Below are positions 12,234 to 24,489 of a stretch of 64,000 nt of DNA, piece by piece (the stretch's first letter is position 1; each line of letters starts with the position of its first letter). Origin of the DNA: Isurus oxyrinchus (Eukaryota). The notes beneath the pieces are model-generated. The model saw only the letters and a program-made list of their open reading frames with translations. It was not told where the DNA came from and made no database searches. The position numbers and the translations under genes are program-made. The stretch spans positions 930,001 to 994,000 of the forward strand of contig JANJGN010000036.1 in the NCBI GenBank assembly GCA_026770705.1. Reading direction: 5' to 3'.

Positions 12234-15200
12234 TTAGGGGTCTCTTTGCGGGATATATATGAAATTCTTTGATTTTAATGAATTGGGGAATCTTAAGGTA
12301 ACGAGAACGAGAAGCACTTTGACTTCAGGAGAGGTTATGAATTATTTCTGAAGTGGTGAGACTGTAGAAATGGCTGCATCCATGGCTAAAGCGTTTTTGA
12401 AAGTAGAAGATGCAACTCGGACTGGGTTACAGAAAGTATCAAAGAATAGGTTAACAGATTCTGTGGTTAATTTGCATTTGTCTTACCTGCAGAGGCCAGG
12501 AAAGCAGATATAATTGAAGGGATAGCAAAGCATCTGAAGCTGTAAGTGATGCCTGACACAGATGAGTCACAGCTGGGGGCAATGACACTCAGTTAGAAAT
12601 GAAGAAGCTTGAACTTGAAGAAGTAAAATGAATTAGAAAAATGAACTAGAGGCAGCAGAAGCGGACAGGACAGAAAGAGAAAAAGAAACAGCATCACAAA
12701 GGCAGAAAGTGGATAGGCAGGAGAAAGAATGGAAGCTTGAACTGAAATTACAGGCAAGAGAGAAGAATAAAGAATGAGAGGCAAGGGAATGATAGAAGGA
12801 AAGATGAAGGACATACCAACTGAAAAGGCTGGAAGTTAAAAAAGAACTCTGACACTGAGGAAAGCTCTGATGTTGACAAAACATTTACCCTAAAGTCCAA
12901 TGGGGAATGGTTTAAATTCGTATCAGCTCTTCCAAAGTTTGAGGTAACGGATGTTGAAGCATTCTTTACTTCATTTGAGGCGACAGCCCAACAGATGAAA
13001 TTGCCACAGGAAAAATGGACATTGTCGTTACAAGCCAGGTTAGTGGGTAAAGCACATGAGGTATATGCTTCGCTGTCTGAAGGAATGTTTGTGAATTATG
13101 ATCTGGGAAAATAAAGGCTAGTTTGCGTGCATATGAATGAGGCATCCAGGCAGAAAATCAGGAATATGTGAAAACAGCCTCGGCAAACTTATAATGAATT
13201 TGAAAGACGAGAACAAAGCAATTTTGAGTGCTGGATATGAGCATTTCAAATTGGTGCAACATATGCAGCTCTTAGAGAAGTAATTCCTTTGGAAGAAATT
13301 AAAGATTCAATTCGTTTGGTAGTGAGAATTCGTGTGGAGGAACAGAAGGTCTCAACAGTAAGAAAGCATTTGAGATAGCTGGTGATTATCAGTTAGTTCA
13401 TAGAGCTAAACATATTTTGGCACCCCTTCAAATCAGAAACGGATAGACAATGGGAAGGTGAAAAGAACTTGGGTAGTCAGGGAAGAGAAGGAAAAGGTTC
13501 CCAGGAACCTTCATTTTCTCAGAATGAAATGGAAGCTGCAAAGGGGAGAAGTGACATTGGAAAATTGAGGTATTTTCATTGTAATGAAGTTGGACACACG
13601 ACGTCAGTGTGCTGGAATTTACAAAGAAAACCTATTGCAATTTTTGAGTTGCAGAAAGTTTCTGGAAGTCAGTGTGCTGTGAGTTCAACTATTGTGCCAT
13701 AGGAAGAAGCATTGGTTTGTTTATATTTCAAACAGGAAAAATCAGTGATTGGTAATGAAGTGGGAACATGATTACAATTTACGCAAGAAAATTTTGTAGA
13801 GAAGGTCTCAGAAGTATTAAGAGGTTTTGCAATTGAAGGGAAAGCCTTTCCATGTTTACAGGCTGGAGTAGGTAAACATATAAACATTTAAAGAGAAACA
13901 GTCATTCCTTGTTGTGAGAAAGTGATATTTGTTGTACAAAGGGAGTATTGCAGGAAAAGGAGATAATAAATGGGGTTCATGGAGATAGTAAAAGTATTCC
14001 TTTGTGGAGAGTAAATTTAAAAGGTAAGTGGAAAACTGGTGAAGTGAACTTTGGATTGGTGTCAAAATTGCCCGTTGCAGTGGTTCCAGTTGTTCTGGGT
14101 AAAGATGTAGCTTGGTGAACAATGTCAGTGATGCCTAAGGTATGTGAGCAGCCTGCAGATGTGTCTGCAATGGAAGTGTTACAGAGGGAAAATCCTGGAT
14201 GGTCTTCAGGTTGCGTGATCACGACTTCACAGACTCATGAGTTGAAACAAGAAGATCAAGAAGGACAGCAATCCAAAGGCAGGACGGAGATATTGAAATC
14301 CAATTAGCTGACACTATGTTTGGTAACATCGTTGAGAAAAACACAGCAGAGGAAATGACACTTGAAGTCTTTAGCTCAAGACAGTTAATTGAGTTACAAC
14401 GAAAGAATTTGCAATTTAACCGGGTATGTCAGTTTACTCTCAAAAAGAGGCAAAATATATTCCGGAATGTTATTACCTTAAGGGTGACATTTCAATCAGA
14501 TTGTGCAAGACGTATCTTGTCTCAGCAAATGAAAGATGGAGACAGGTGCATCACGTTGTTATCCCAGTTGGGTATGAAAGTTAGAATTCGAGGATTCTTC
14601 CTGACATTCCAATGATGGGACATTTAGAAATTAGGAAAACACAGGCGAAAATGCAGAAACATTTTTATTGACCTGGTTTGGATGTAGTCAAATTTTGTAG
14701 AAAATGTCACACAGGTCATGTGATATGGAAATCACAAGCAGTGTCTAAGCTCAGTCGCAATTCCAGCATTTGAAGAACCTTTTACCAGGATCATGATTGA
14801 TTGTATTTGGAGCCTCTCTAAGACTAAAGGTGGAAAGCTGTATTTAATGAGAATACTGGATGTATCTACCAGATTTCCAGAAGCGATGCCTTTAAGAAGT
14901 ATTACAACAAAGAAGATTGTGGAAGATTTAACTAAATATTTACAAGATATGGATTACCTGAGGAACTTCAATGTGATCAGGTTCGAATGTTATGCTGTAA
15001 TTGTTTATGGGGGAATGAATAACAATTCATGTGAACAGCTTACCACCCTAAGTCTCAAGGGGCTTAGGAAAAATGACATCAAACTGTAAAACCTGTGATG
15101 GCAGCGTGTTGTCAGGATTATCCAAGGATTGAGCTGGACAAATTCCATTCTCGTTATTTCCTATTGGAGATGCTGCTAATGCATCGACTGTGTTCAGCCT

Positions 15201-17149
15201 TTTTGAATTAATTTACGGTGAAGAGGTAAAAGCACCACTTAAATAGATTCATGAGATATAGGTGGGTCAAAATTCAGAAGCTTCTCTGCTGGCTTACGTA
15301 TTAAACTTCAGGGAGAGTGTAGACAGAGCATGTGAATTGGCTAGGGAATATTTAACGATATCAGCACAAATGATGAAATTAAAAGCAGACAGGAAGTCTA
15401 TAACTCAGAATTTTGTTGCTGGGGAGAAAGTGCTAGTTCTGTTTCCAGTACTGATTGATGCAATAAAGACAAGGTTTAGTGGGCTTACAGGATTAAAAAA
15501 GTGAGTGAAGTATATTATTTAATAAACGCTCCAGATAGAAGAAAGAAGCAGCGCATGTGTCATGTAAATATCCTATGAAATACTTTGACAGGGAAGAGGA
15601 ACAAAAGCAAATGTTAGTGCTGATAGATAATGAGAAAGAGAAATGCAGGATTCTGAATTCAATTTTCCTCTAATCAATTTGGATAATGAGGGGTTACATA
15701 AAGTTTAAATGTAATATTGAGTTACTTCCCAGACAATTGTCAATGTGATTTAGGAAATATATTGCAATTACACGAAGCAATTTGTGGAAATAAGTTAGAG
15801 AGGTGAGATTTAGCTATGCATTACTTTTCTGTAAAAGTTTAACCTTCAGTAAGGCCAACATCCTTATAATTAAATTCGATAAAGTTATCACATGTAGAGA
15901 AAGAAATTGACTTCATGCTTCAAAGTAATATCATTAAGCCTAGTTGCAGTAGCAGGACTTTGCCTATTGAACCAGCACTGAAACAGGATGGAACAGAAAG
16001 ACTGGCTGTGGATTAGCGAAAGGTGAATGCGGTAAAAAAGTAGATTCAAATCCAGTACCAAGGTTGGACAATTGTATTGAGAAAGTGGGTCAATCAAATC
16101 GTATCACAAGCATTGAGTTGCTAAAGGGACATTGGCAAGTACCGTTATTGAAGAGAACAAATGAGATATCAGCTTTTATGACGCCAAATGAACCAAATGA
16201 TTTTAAGGTCATGCCATTAGGCATGAAGAACGCACTGGCGGCATTTCAAAGGCAAAGAAACAAATTAATTGCAGGTTTAACAATTGTGCTCTTTATGTTG
16301 ATGACTTATTAGTTTTCAGTCAGAGGGGGGATGACCTTTTGCAACATCTTGAAGAATTATTTACCAGACTACAGGAAGCTAATTTGATGATGATCTTGGC
16401 TAAAAGTGAAATTTGAAAAGAGAAATTTACACATTTAATTCATGCATTTGGACAGGGTAAGGTCGCTCCGAGTGATGAGAATGCCAAGACTATTGTGGAT
16501 TTCCCAGTGCCTGTAACAAAACGAGAAGTTTAAGATTCCTGGGAATCTCAAGTGGGTTTTGCTGGAAATTTATACCAAATGTTAGCAGTGTGGTTTCTCC
16601 ACTGATTGATCTATTAAAATTTTTTTAATGGGCACTGAAGTATCAGACAATTCTAAAGCGGAATTAACTATGACACCAGTTTCGACAATATCCAATTACG
16701 CCAAGCAATTTAAGTTAGCCGTGACATAAATGATATAGGCATTGAGGCCGTACTGGTATAAGAAGTTGACAGTGGATTTGAATAACCAATAGCGTATTTT
16801 TCACGAAAGTTAAATGCACAACAGGAAAGATATTCAACAATTATAAAGGAGATGTTGGGTTTAGTGTAACATTTTAGCATTTTGAAATCAATGTGGCAAA
16901 CAATTCGTCAGAAAGTTTGTCTACACTGATCATAATTCGTTAAAAGTTTCTATACAAATTTCGAGACAGAAGTACAAGGCTATCCAGCTGGAGTCTATTA
17001 CAGCAAGCTTTTGATCTACAGATTATTCATTTTTCTGGTAGAGAAATCTGATGGCAGATGCTGTGTGAAGAGTTTGAAACTTAAATGGAAAATTGGACAT
17101 TTAAAACGTGGACACTGAACTTGAATGATTTCTGTTCATACCAAGGAAT

Positions 17150-17152
<3 letters not shown>

Positions 17153-17181
<29 letters not shown>
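17153..17181. repeat. (TA)n microsatellite
   Basis: Perfect AT repeat inside the Gypsy element. Confidence 0.95.
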
Positions 17182-17185
<4 letters not shown>

Positions 17186-17317
17186 TGTTAATGCATGCAT
17201 CTGGAAATGTAGTAGAATAAGTACATAGATAAGTATAGGCGGTAGTGTATGATGGGTTAATAAAAATGAAGCTGTCTTTTAGAATGGTGACAGTTCATGT
17301 TTAGATAAGGCGGGTGA

Positions 17318-18157
17318 TGTCAAGAAGATTTAATTATGCCTTTAATGTTGATGGAAATTATTTTTAAATAGAGCTTTTTTTGTATCTGTGTCAATATGTG
17401 TGAATTTCAGTGTGTCATAATTGGATTAATGCCGACTGGTTAGAGGGTTTGATCTATAGACAAGAAGGAGGTTTAACATGTTAATTGAGTAAACAGCGGG
17501 GGGTTACAAGGTGAAATGTAAAGAGGCAAGTTGCTTTTTAAAAAAATAAACCATTCCAAAGACCCTCGGCAGAAGAAGCCAAACAATATTTTTACTTTTT
17601 TTTTCCAAATCTGACTAATAAAATTGGTGCTTTGAAAGGGTATTATTGTTCAAAGAGGTAATGTTAGAAAACAACCTAGTATTACAATGAGAATTTGCAT
17701 TGAAAGAGGAAAATATGTATAAACGAAAAGAAGGCTGTTGTTAAAAGTACAGTGATTCTAAGATCTAAAACCTCCAGCCTGTAAGCATGAAAGGACCCAG
17801 AGCTGACAGAAACTCATTATGAATTCGACTGTACTGAGTGTGCTCTGCCAGGGGTCTGTTTAAATCTATGTGTTTACCATTGCCTTAATGGAGGTGTAAC
17901 AGAGATTCAGATTAAGTATGGAATTTTATATGTTATAATATTATTAATTTGTAGTCATATGTTTGTGCTTAAAATTGTTTAATTATTAAATAATTAATTT
18001 ATTCTTAAAAAAACATCTTGAAATTCGGTTGTTCTATTACATCTGAATTCACAACCTGCATTTCGAAACAGACAAATTGCAAAAATGGTTATGACAGTCT
18101 CTTCAAGTTTCCCTCTGGGATTTAAACAATTCGGCCTTTCCCATCAGCTTTGTCAAA
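17318..18157 (+). repeat. 3' LTR (3' end approximate)
   Basis: Preceded by purine-rich aaggcgggtga; homologous to the 5' LTR. Confidence 0.75.
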
Positions 18158-19134
18158 TTAAGTGACATGATAGGTACGGGAGCCATATTTCCCAAAGACT
18201 GGCGGATTGTATAAAGCAACATGTCCCTTCTGCTGTTCGCAATGGGCAGCGGAGGGATGTCAAACAACCAGCCAGTACTTGCAATACCCGAATCAGAGTG
18301 TTCAACTTTAGCTGTGATTCTGTGATTGGACAACAATTGCCTATTAATTCCTAGTGTGCTAAGAATTATGCTGACAACCGATGTAAGATTGAAAGTATGG
18401 TGCATTAACTTATAGGGTGAGCTACATATATCAACAAACAGGGCCCTGTTCTTTGCAGACGGAAAGATCATGTTCACACCTTGTGCCAGTTTTAGCAAAA
18501 CAAAGTAAGTGACAGACATTTGCAGGTTCATTCCCCATGAAAATACCATGTCAAAACAGATTGAAACTGCGTGGTTGAAATTTCAATCAATGTTTGGCGG
18601 TTAACTATCAGTAATCATTCACTTGTGCAGTGCCTCTACAAAATGGTCCACTTGCCATCAACCAGCACTGTCTTCTCATACTTTATCAATATGTCTTCCC
18701 TCATCATTGTTTTTTTTCTTGCGAATTGCCTTCATGAGTGCAAGATGGAAAACGTAGACAAAAAGTTTTTTTTTCAGCAATGCTCAAATACTTTTTTTGC
18801 AAAGATGTGTCAACACTGGATTACGAAAATACGAAAGCCTAGATGGAAAATGAACACATTCCAGCTCGATAACTTCCCATCATCCTGGTAATTCTATGAT
18901 ACAACGATAGTTGGGTTGCCATGGCAAGAAATTAATAACATGAATGGTCGCGGTTGTGTGGGCCTTTAGTCTATCATTTAAGTAAAAAGTGCATTCAAAG
19001 ATTTGGAATAAGTTAGAGCTTTCCGCTGCCTGAATGGGAGGCTTCTTGACTCGCCTTATATTACTGTGTGACTTCTGAGAATCATACAGTGATACAATTG
19101 TATCCTGGTGAGCAACACTGTCTCAATTGAATTT

Positions 19135-20680
19135 TTAAATTCATTGCCTGCTCCCGGGCCTGGATTAAATTTCTAAATGTGAAGCTGTGTAAAGGCCTGT
19201 TACACTTCCTGAATAAAGCCCGTGTTTTCGTCAGAGGGATGAATTGATCAATAAAATGTGTTTTTAGGTGGGCGAGAGTTGTACTTGAATTCAGTTCATA
19301 TTGTTTTCTGAAAAGCGTGAAAAGAATGTCTTCCATACAGATCAGTGGCTTCTTTCCAGTTGCAAAGAGAGAGGTTGCTCGGGCAGGAGAGAGGTGGTAA
19401 ACCTATATAACATCACATTTCTGCAGTGGGATCTTACATTGCACAAACTGCCCATAGCCTTCCCTACAGTGCAACCATGGTGACACTGCCCACATTCAGT
19501 TTACTGGGAATTAAATGTGGATTCTCAATATAAAACATGGTTACAGTGTCTTGTATTGTCATTTAAAAAGATAAGACAGGAAGTTCACAGAGTGCATTTC
19601 AATCAAGTTTCATCCCGAGTTAACAAAAGGAACAGAGTTATAGATAGATGTAACGAAAGCAGGAGAAGGAGAAAGATGAACAAAAATGGAGGCGGGATCG
19701 GGGCAGAGAGAGCTGGTGAGAAGCAGAAAGAGAGGTGAATGTGCTAGAAGTGGAGAATCCAATGTCTAATATTGAATGTACAAACAACATCAGGCCTGGA
19801 TTGAACGGGTACATCTTGTTGCAGGGGGGCGGGACTATAGTGAATGGGAGAGGGATACAGGGGAATCATCAGTGTTTGCCTGTTTTACAACAAAGCAGAA
19901 AATACATCCAGAGGCGGCAGGTTAAATATAAAGGGAGTGATAAACACTCTGTGAGTGTTTGTTGGTGTGGGGGTCAGGGTGGGGACCTAGTGTTTGTTCA
20001 CTGTCCAGCATCCGGATTAAAGCCCCCACCGTTACCGCCACCCTCTTCCAGGGTGTGTGAGTTAAATAAGAAATTAAATTCTGGGACAGTCATGAGGCAC
20101 ATGAAGCTTCATTTTCTTTGATATTTGTTCCCATTGCCTGAGTTTATGTTCAGGGCATGTGCTTCAAAATGGTGCCCCCCGAGAATGTTTATGTCAGTGT
20201 GTGAGAGCAGTTCTGGGAAATTCCTGTGTCTTTTCGTTTCCTTAATCTTCGATTTCCATTTTCTCTCTGTCTCACGGTCTGACTTTGTTTGGAAGCTGCA
20301 GCTTTTGACGATGAAAATAGAGAATAATTTTGAAACCAGTAATCCCCGGTCAAGAGCTGTAACAAGAGGAAGAGATCAAAATAATTGTATATGTCTCGTT
20401 GTCATGAATTTGCGTATGCAGATAAAAGACATTTTCAAGATAGTCCGTGGGATGGTTAAAATAAGGGGCAGGTTCTGCTGTGTGGCGGGTCATGGAGTGG
20501 GTGAAGTCAGAGCTAAGAAGCTTGAGACTCGCAGCTGCCGAGGGACTCAGGTTTAATTCAATGGATTTCAATGCCCACCCCCCCCATCTCTTCGTGCAAC
20601 ACTGCAATTCCCACCATGTTCATAGCTTTTCATACCTCCCGCTCTCAAAATATATATAAATCTCCTTCCAAACGTAGTTG
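19135..20680 (+). repeat. Older duplicated block (paralog at ~2675-4230)
   Basis: See 2675-4230; clearly more diverged than the 25/55 kb duplication. Confidence 0.85.
20154..20470 (+). pseudogene. Second copy of the beta1-like relic
   Basis: 39-nt exon 20154-20192 (GHVLQNGAPRECL) plus exon from ~20278: SDFVWK..AFDDENRE*F/ETSNPRSRAVTRGRDQNNCICLVVMNLRMQIKDIFKIV. Confidence 0.35.
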
Positions 20681-20721
20681 TATATTTACCACCCCCCCTC
20701 CCTTTCTGAAACTTTGGATCT

Positions 20722-21790
20722 CTATCTTGAGTGTTGTTGGAGCTCTACAAATCAATGCAAGTGGAGAATATTGCATCACACTCCAGACTTGTGCCTTGTA
20801 CATGGTGGACAGGCTTTGGGGATTCAGGAGATGAGTTACTCACCTCAGGGTTCCTAGCCTCTGACCTACTCTTGCAGCGACACTATTTATATGGCTAGTC
20901 CAGTTCAGTTTCTGGTTAATCGTAACTCCTAGGCTGTTATTTGTGGGAGATTTAGTGCTGGTAATGCCTTTGAACGTTAATGGGTGATGGTTAGATTCTC
21001 TATTGTTGCAAATGCTGATTGCCTGACGCTTGCGTGGCGCGAACATTCCTAGCCAATTGTCACCCCAAGCCTGGATATTGTCCAGGTCTTGCTGCATTTG
21101 CACATTCAATGCTTCAGTATCTGAGGAGTCGTGACTGGTGCTGAGCATTGTGTAATAATGAGCTGACATCGCCACTTCTGATGTTATGATGGAAGGAAGG
21201 TTATTGATAGAGTAGCTAAAGCTGGGTGGGCCAAGGACACTGCCCTGCGGAACTCCTGCAGTGACGTCCTGGATCTGAGATGACAGAGCTGCAACAACCT
21301 CAACCATCGTCCTTTGTGGTAGGTATGTTTCCAACCAGCGAAAAGTTTTCCAGCTGATTCCCATTGGCTCCAGTTTTGCCAGGGCTCCTTGATGCCACAC
21401 TCGGTCACATGCTGCCTCGATGTCAAGATCAGTCATTCTTACCTCACCTCGGGGATTCAGCTCTTTTTATCAATGTTTTTCCCAAAGCTGTAATGAGGTC
21501 AGGGGATGAGCGACCTTGGAGGAGCTGAACATCAATGCAGGTTATTTCTAAGCAAATGCCGTTTGTTAGCACTGGTTATGACCCCTCCCGTTACTTTAGT
21601 GATGATGGAGAGTAGACCGATGGGGCAAGAATTGGCAGGTTTTGCTTTTTCATTTTTATTGTGTACAGGACATATCTGGACTATATTCCAAATTCCCTGG
21701 TACATGCCTGTGCTGTAGTTATACTAGAGGATCTTGATTAGCCGAGCGGCAACATCTAGAGCACAAGCACGAGTGCCATAATATTGGCTG
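20722..21790 (-). mobile_element. CR1-type LINE RT fragment
   Basis: ORF 20840..21436: LDIEAACDRVWHQG, GVPQGSVLGP, LGVTINQKLNWTSHIN. Confidence 0.9.
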
Positions 21791-23639
21791 GGCTGCTTGC
21801 CATCTTTCTGCTTGTGCACATGTGTCTCTCCCTGTCGGTCATTCTTGATATCCGCATCACAGCAGCATCCCACACACCTTCACTGTCCTCTCCTCTCTAT
21901 CTTACTTTAGTCCTCCAGCTCTCCTTTTCTTCATCTCTCTCTATTTCTCACTATCTATCCATCTCTCTCTCGGTATCTCTGCTATCAGTTTCTCTCCCAG
22001 GGGTGTCTCTCCTTTTGCTTTCTCTTTGTTCTCAGTTCTCCATTTCCACTTGGATTTCTCTGCTCTCAGTCCCCCTGACGCAGTGACATGGTGTTTTGTA
22101 GCTGATAAATATATCCACATTCTCCCGTTATCCATCTCTCCAGAGTTTTATTCCCAGAGAGTTGTAGAAACCGGGGCAGAGAGGTGAAGATGAGCGGCTG
22201 ATTCAGGAGCACCTGATCGCAAAATTGCACCAAGTCAAAGTCTATCCAAATGCCTCTTTCCCACTCGATGTATCAGCTCAACGAATATGTCTTCCTCACT
22301 CTCTTAAGGGGAAATGGGGTGGGGTGCCAAGGGGCAGATCAACCATGATCTAACATTGTAGCGACAGGAACAAATGGGCTGAATGGCCTCATCCTGCTCC
22401 TATGCAACATTTGTCTGTGTGTTTGCAATCGCTTCTGAAGGATATTGACAGTGGGATGTGGCGGGTAGAGTTGGCGTTTGGAGGGCGGCTAGGGGAGTGG
22501 GATGATCAGAAAGACAAGGTTTTGATTATGATTTCGAGTCCAGGAAGGCGATTTCCACAATGGGCAGCAAAGAATGTGACTGGCTGAAGGAATTCTGCAT
22601 GAAAGGTCAGACATTGCGGGCGGGAGGGGGCGGGGAGTGGGAGGGGGAAATTTGACTTTTGGGAGAATTATACTGTGGGGGAGAGGGGGCTGCTGGATCG
22701 GAACTGGCGGCCCTTATAATATAGTGGGTTGCTTGGGCCATTGGCGGGACGTGGGGCGGGTGTGGGCGGGATCGGTGTGTGGACAGTGATTATTGCTATG
22801 GTTTAAATTGAGGAGGGTTCCCTTCTCAAGTTTTTAAATGATCAATTTCCATCCAGGAGCGGCTGATCCTGTGAATTTCAAATCACACAGAAGCTCAGAC
22901 ATGTGCTGACAGCGGAGCTTTAGGAGGGGAGGATAGAAGGAGGCATAAACACCCCTGTAAAAGGGAAGATAACAATTCATACTGGTGATCTGTTCATACG
23001 AAAGGGATGAATCAGACAGGGATTCATTTCCAGGCTGGCAGCATCAGAAAGAAATCTATTTACAAAGAGGGGGAATCATAGCGGTATCTGTTCATGGTGT
23101 GGGGGCATCAAGACCGTGGGTCCACTCCCAAAGAGGATGAAATAGACAGGGATCTGCCAAATCAGGTAGGAGTATGTTCGCAGCTAAGGGGAGTTATCCA
23201 CGGGGTCTTTCATTTTGGGGAACTATCCAGGGGCAGATTTGGGGGTGGGTGTGTTCATTATCCAGGGAGCAGTTTCGGGAGGGAGGCCGCTCAGAAATAT
23301 CCAGGATAGATTTTCAGAGGGCAGAAATGATCGGGAGTCTGTTTGTTGTGTTCTTAAGGGAAGAGAAAGTTATCCATGTTTTGAGGCTAGGAGGAGATTT
23401 AGAAAGGGGAGGGAGAATTCAGAGGGGTTAAATTGCACAGACTGGGGAGACTATCGGGGAGAAAATTCGAGGAATAAATTTACGGACAGGGACAAATTGC
23501 GGGCTGGCTGTGAGGGAATTGATGATACCGAATTACTTGGTCCGGGGTTGTTTGTTAGGGGCGGGCCCTGCATAATTTTGGAGATGTCAGGCGGTGGTAG
23601 AATTTAGAGGTAAAATTCCTGAGAGTGGGGAGGTGGGCT

Positions 23640-24070
23640 GAGGAGGAAGAGAAACGAACATGAAGGGTAATGTGGAATTGAGACAGATGGAAAATAGATT
23701 GAGAGACAAGGACGGAGAGACAGTGGGGAGGAAAAGGCTTTGAGGAAAGAAAGAGAGGGAGAGAAAGATAGAGTAATACACAGAGAAAAAAGACAGAGAA
23801 ATGGATACGAGAGAGAAAAAGACAGAGTAAAAATATTGGGAGAAAGACAGGCGGAGATAAAGAAAGCGAGAGAGAAAGCAGGATACAGAGAGAGAGAAAG
23901 ACAGAGAGAGAAAAGAAGAAAACATACAGAGGGAAAGATAGAAAGGTTGAGAGAGAAAGGAAGAGAAAGACCGAGTGAGATTAGGTTTGCAATTCTCATT
24001 TCATGGGTTGTGGGGATGGGAGAGAAAAGGAGAGAAAGGGACATAGTGGAGAGGAGAGATGAAACAGAGT
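23640..24070. repeat. GA-rich low-complexity tract
   Basis: Purine-rich GA repeats; source of spurious ORFs. Confidence 0.85.
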
Positions 24071-24489
24071 TTCACTGTTGATATGAACACACAAACTGTG
24101 GCCTGGCAAATACTGTGTTTCAGACGTTTTTTATTTTTGTTTGCCTTTGAAGACATTTTCTTTCTGAGCACCAACACTGGTTTCCTGCTTTGCGCCTGGA
24201 GTCAGGTTTAAAGAGTCACTCCCTCTATGTGGTGCACTGACGTGAAATTTCAGAAGAAAACAAAAACAATCCATGTTGTGTGGAAAACTTCTGGCCGGCC
24301 TGCTTTCCCAAATGGTCTTTCGCAAAGGCGCCTTGGAGACAGCCCGTTCTCCCTGGGATTCTGTACCTGTTGCTAGGGTGTTTCAATGAAGTTTGATAAA
24401 AAATATTACTTATCTTAACTGGCAGACTTCTTTGTCCACAACTCTTTCTGCATTTTGGATTCTAAATAGCATCCTCGGCAATTTCCCTA

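Larger units (their letters stand above)
11379..18157 (+). mobile_element. Full-length but decayed Gmr1-type Gypsy LTR retrotransposon
   Basis: Two diverged LTRs; decayed tRNA-Pro-type PBS (ttaggggtctctttgcgggat, ~12234). Gag (FFTSFE..QQMKLPQEKW..LVGKAHEVY) with degenerate zinc knuckle YFHCNEVGHTTSVC; integrase (DVSTRFPEAMPLRSIT, 14.6-15.5 kb) precedes RT (IELLKGHWQVPL..VMPLGMKNA, 15.9-16.4 kb) and RNase H. Many stops and frameshifts. Confidence 0.9.

Noticed and set aside
23587-24081. Hydrophobic and Arg/Glu-rich ORFs (also 21784..22086, 33180..34028, 63106..63886)
   Set aside because: GA/CT low-complexity sequence mimicking TM or coiled-coil segments.
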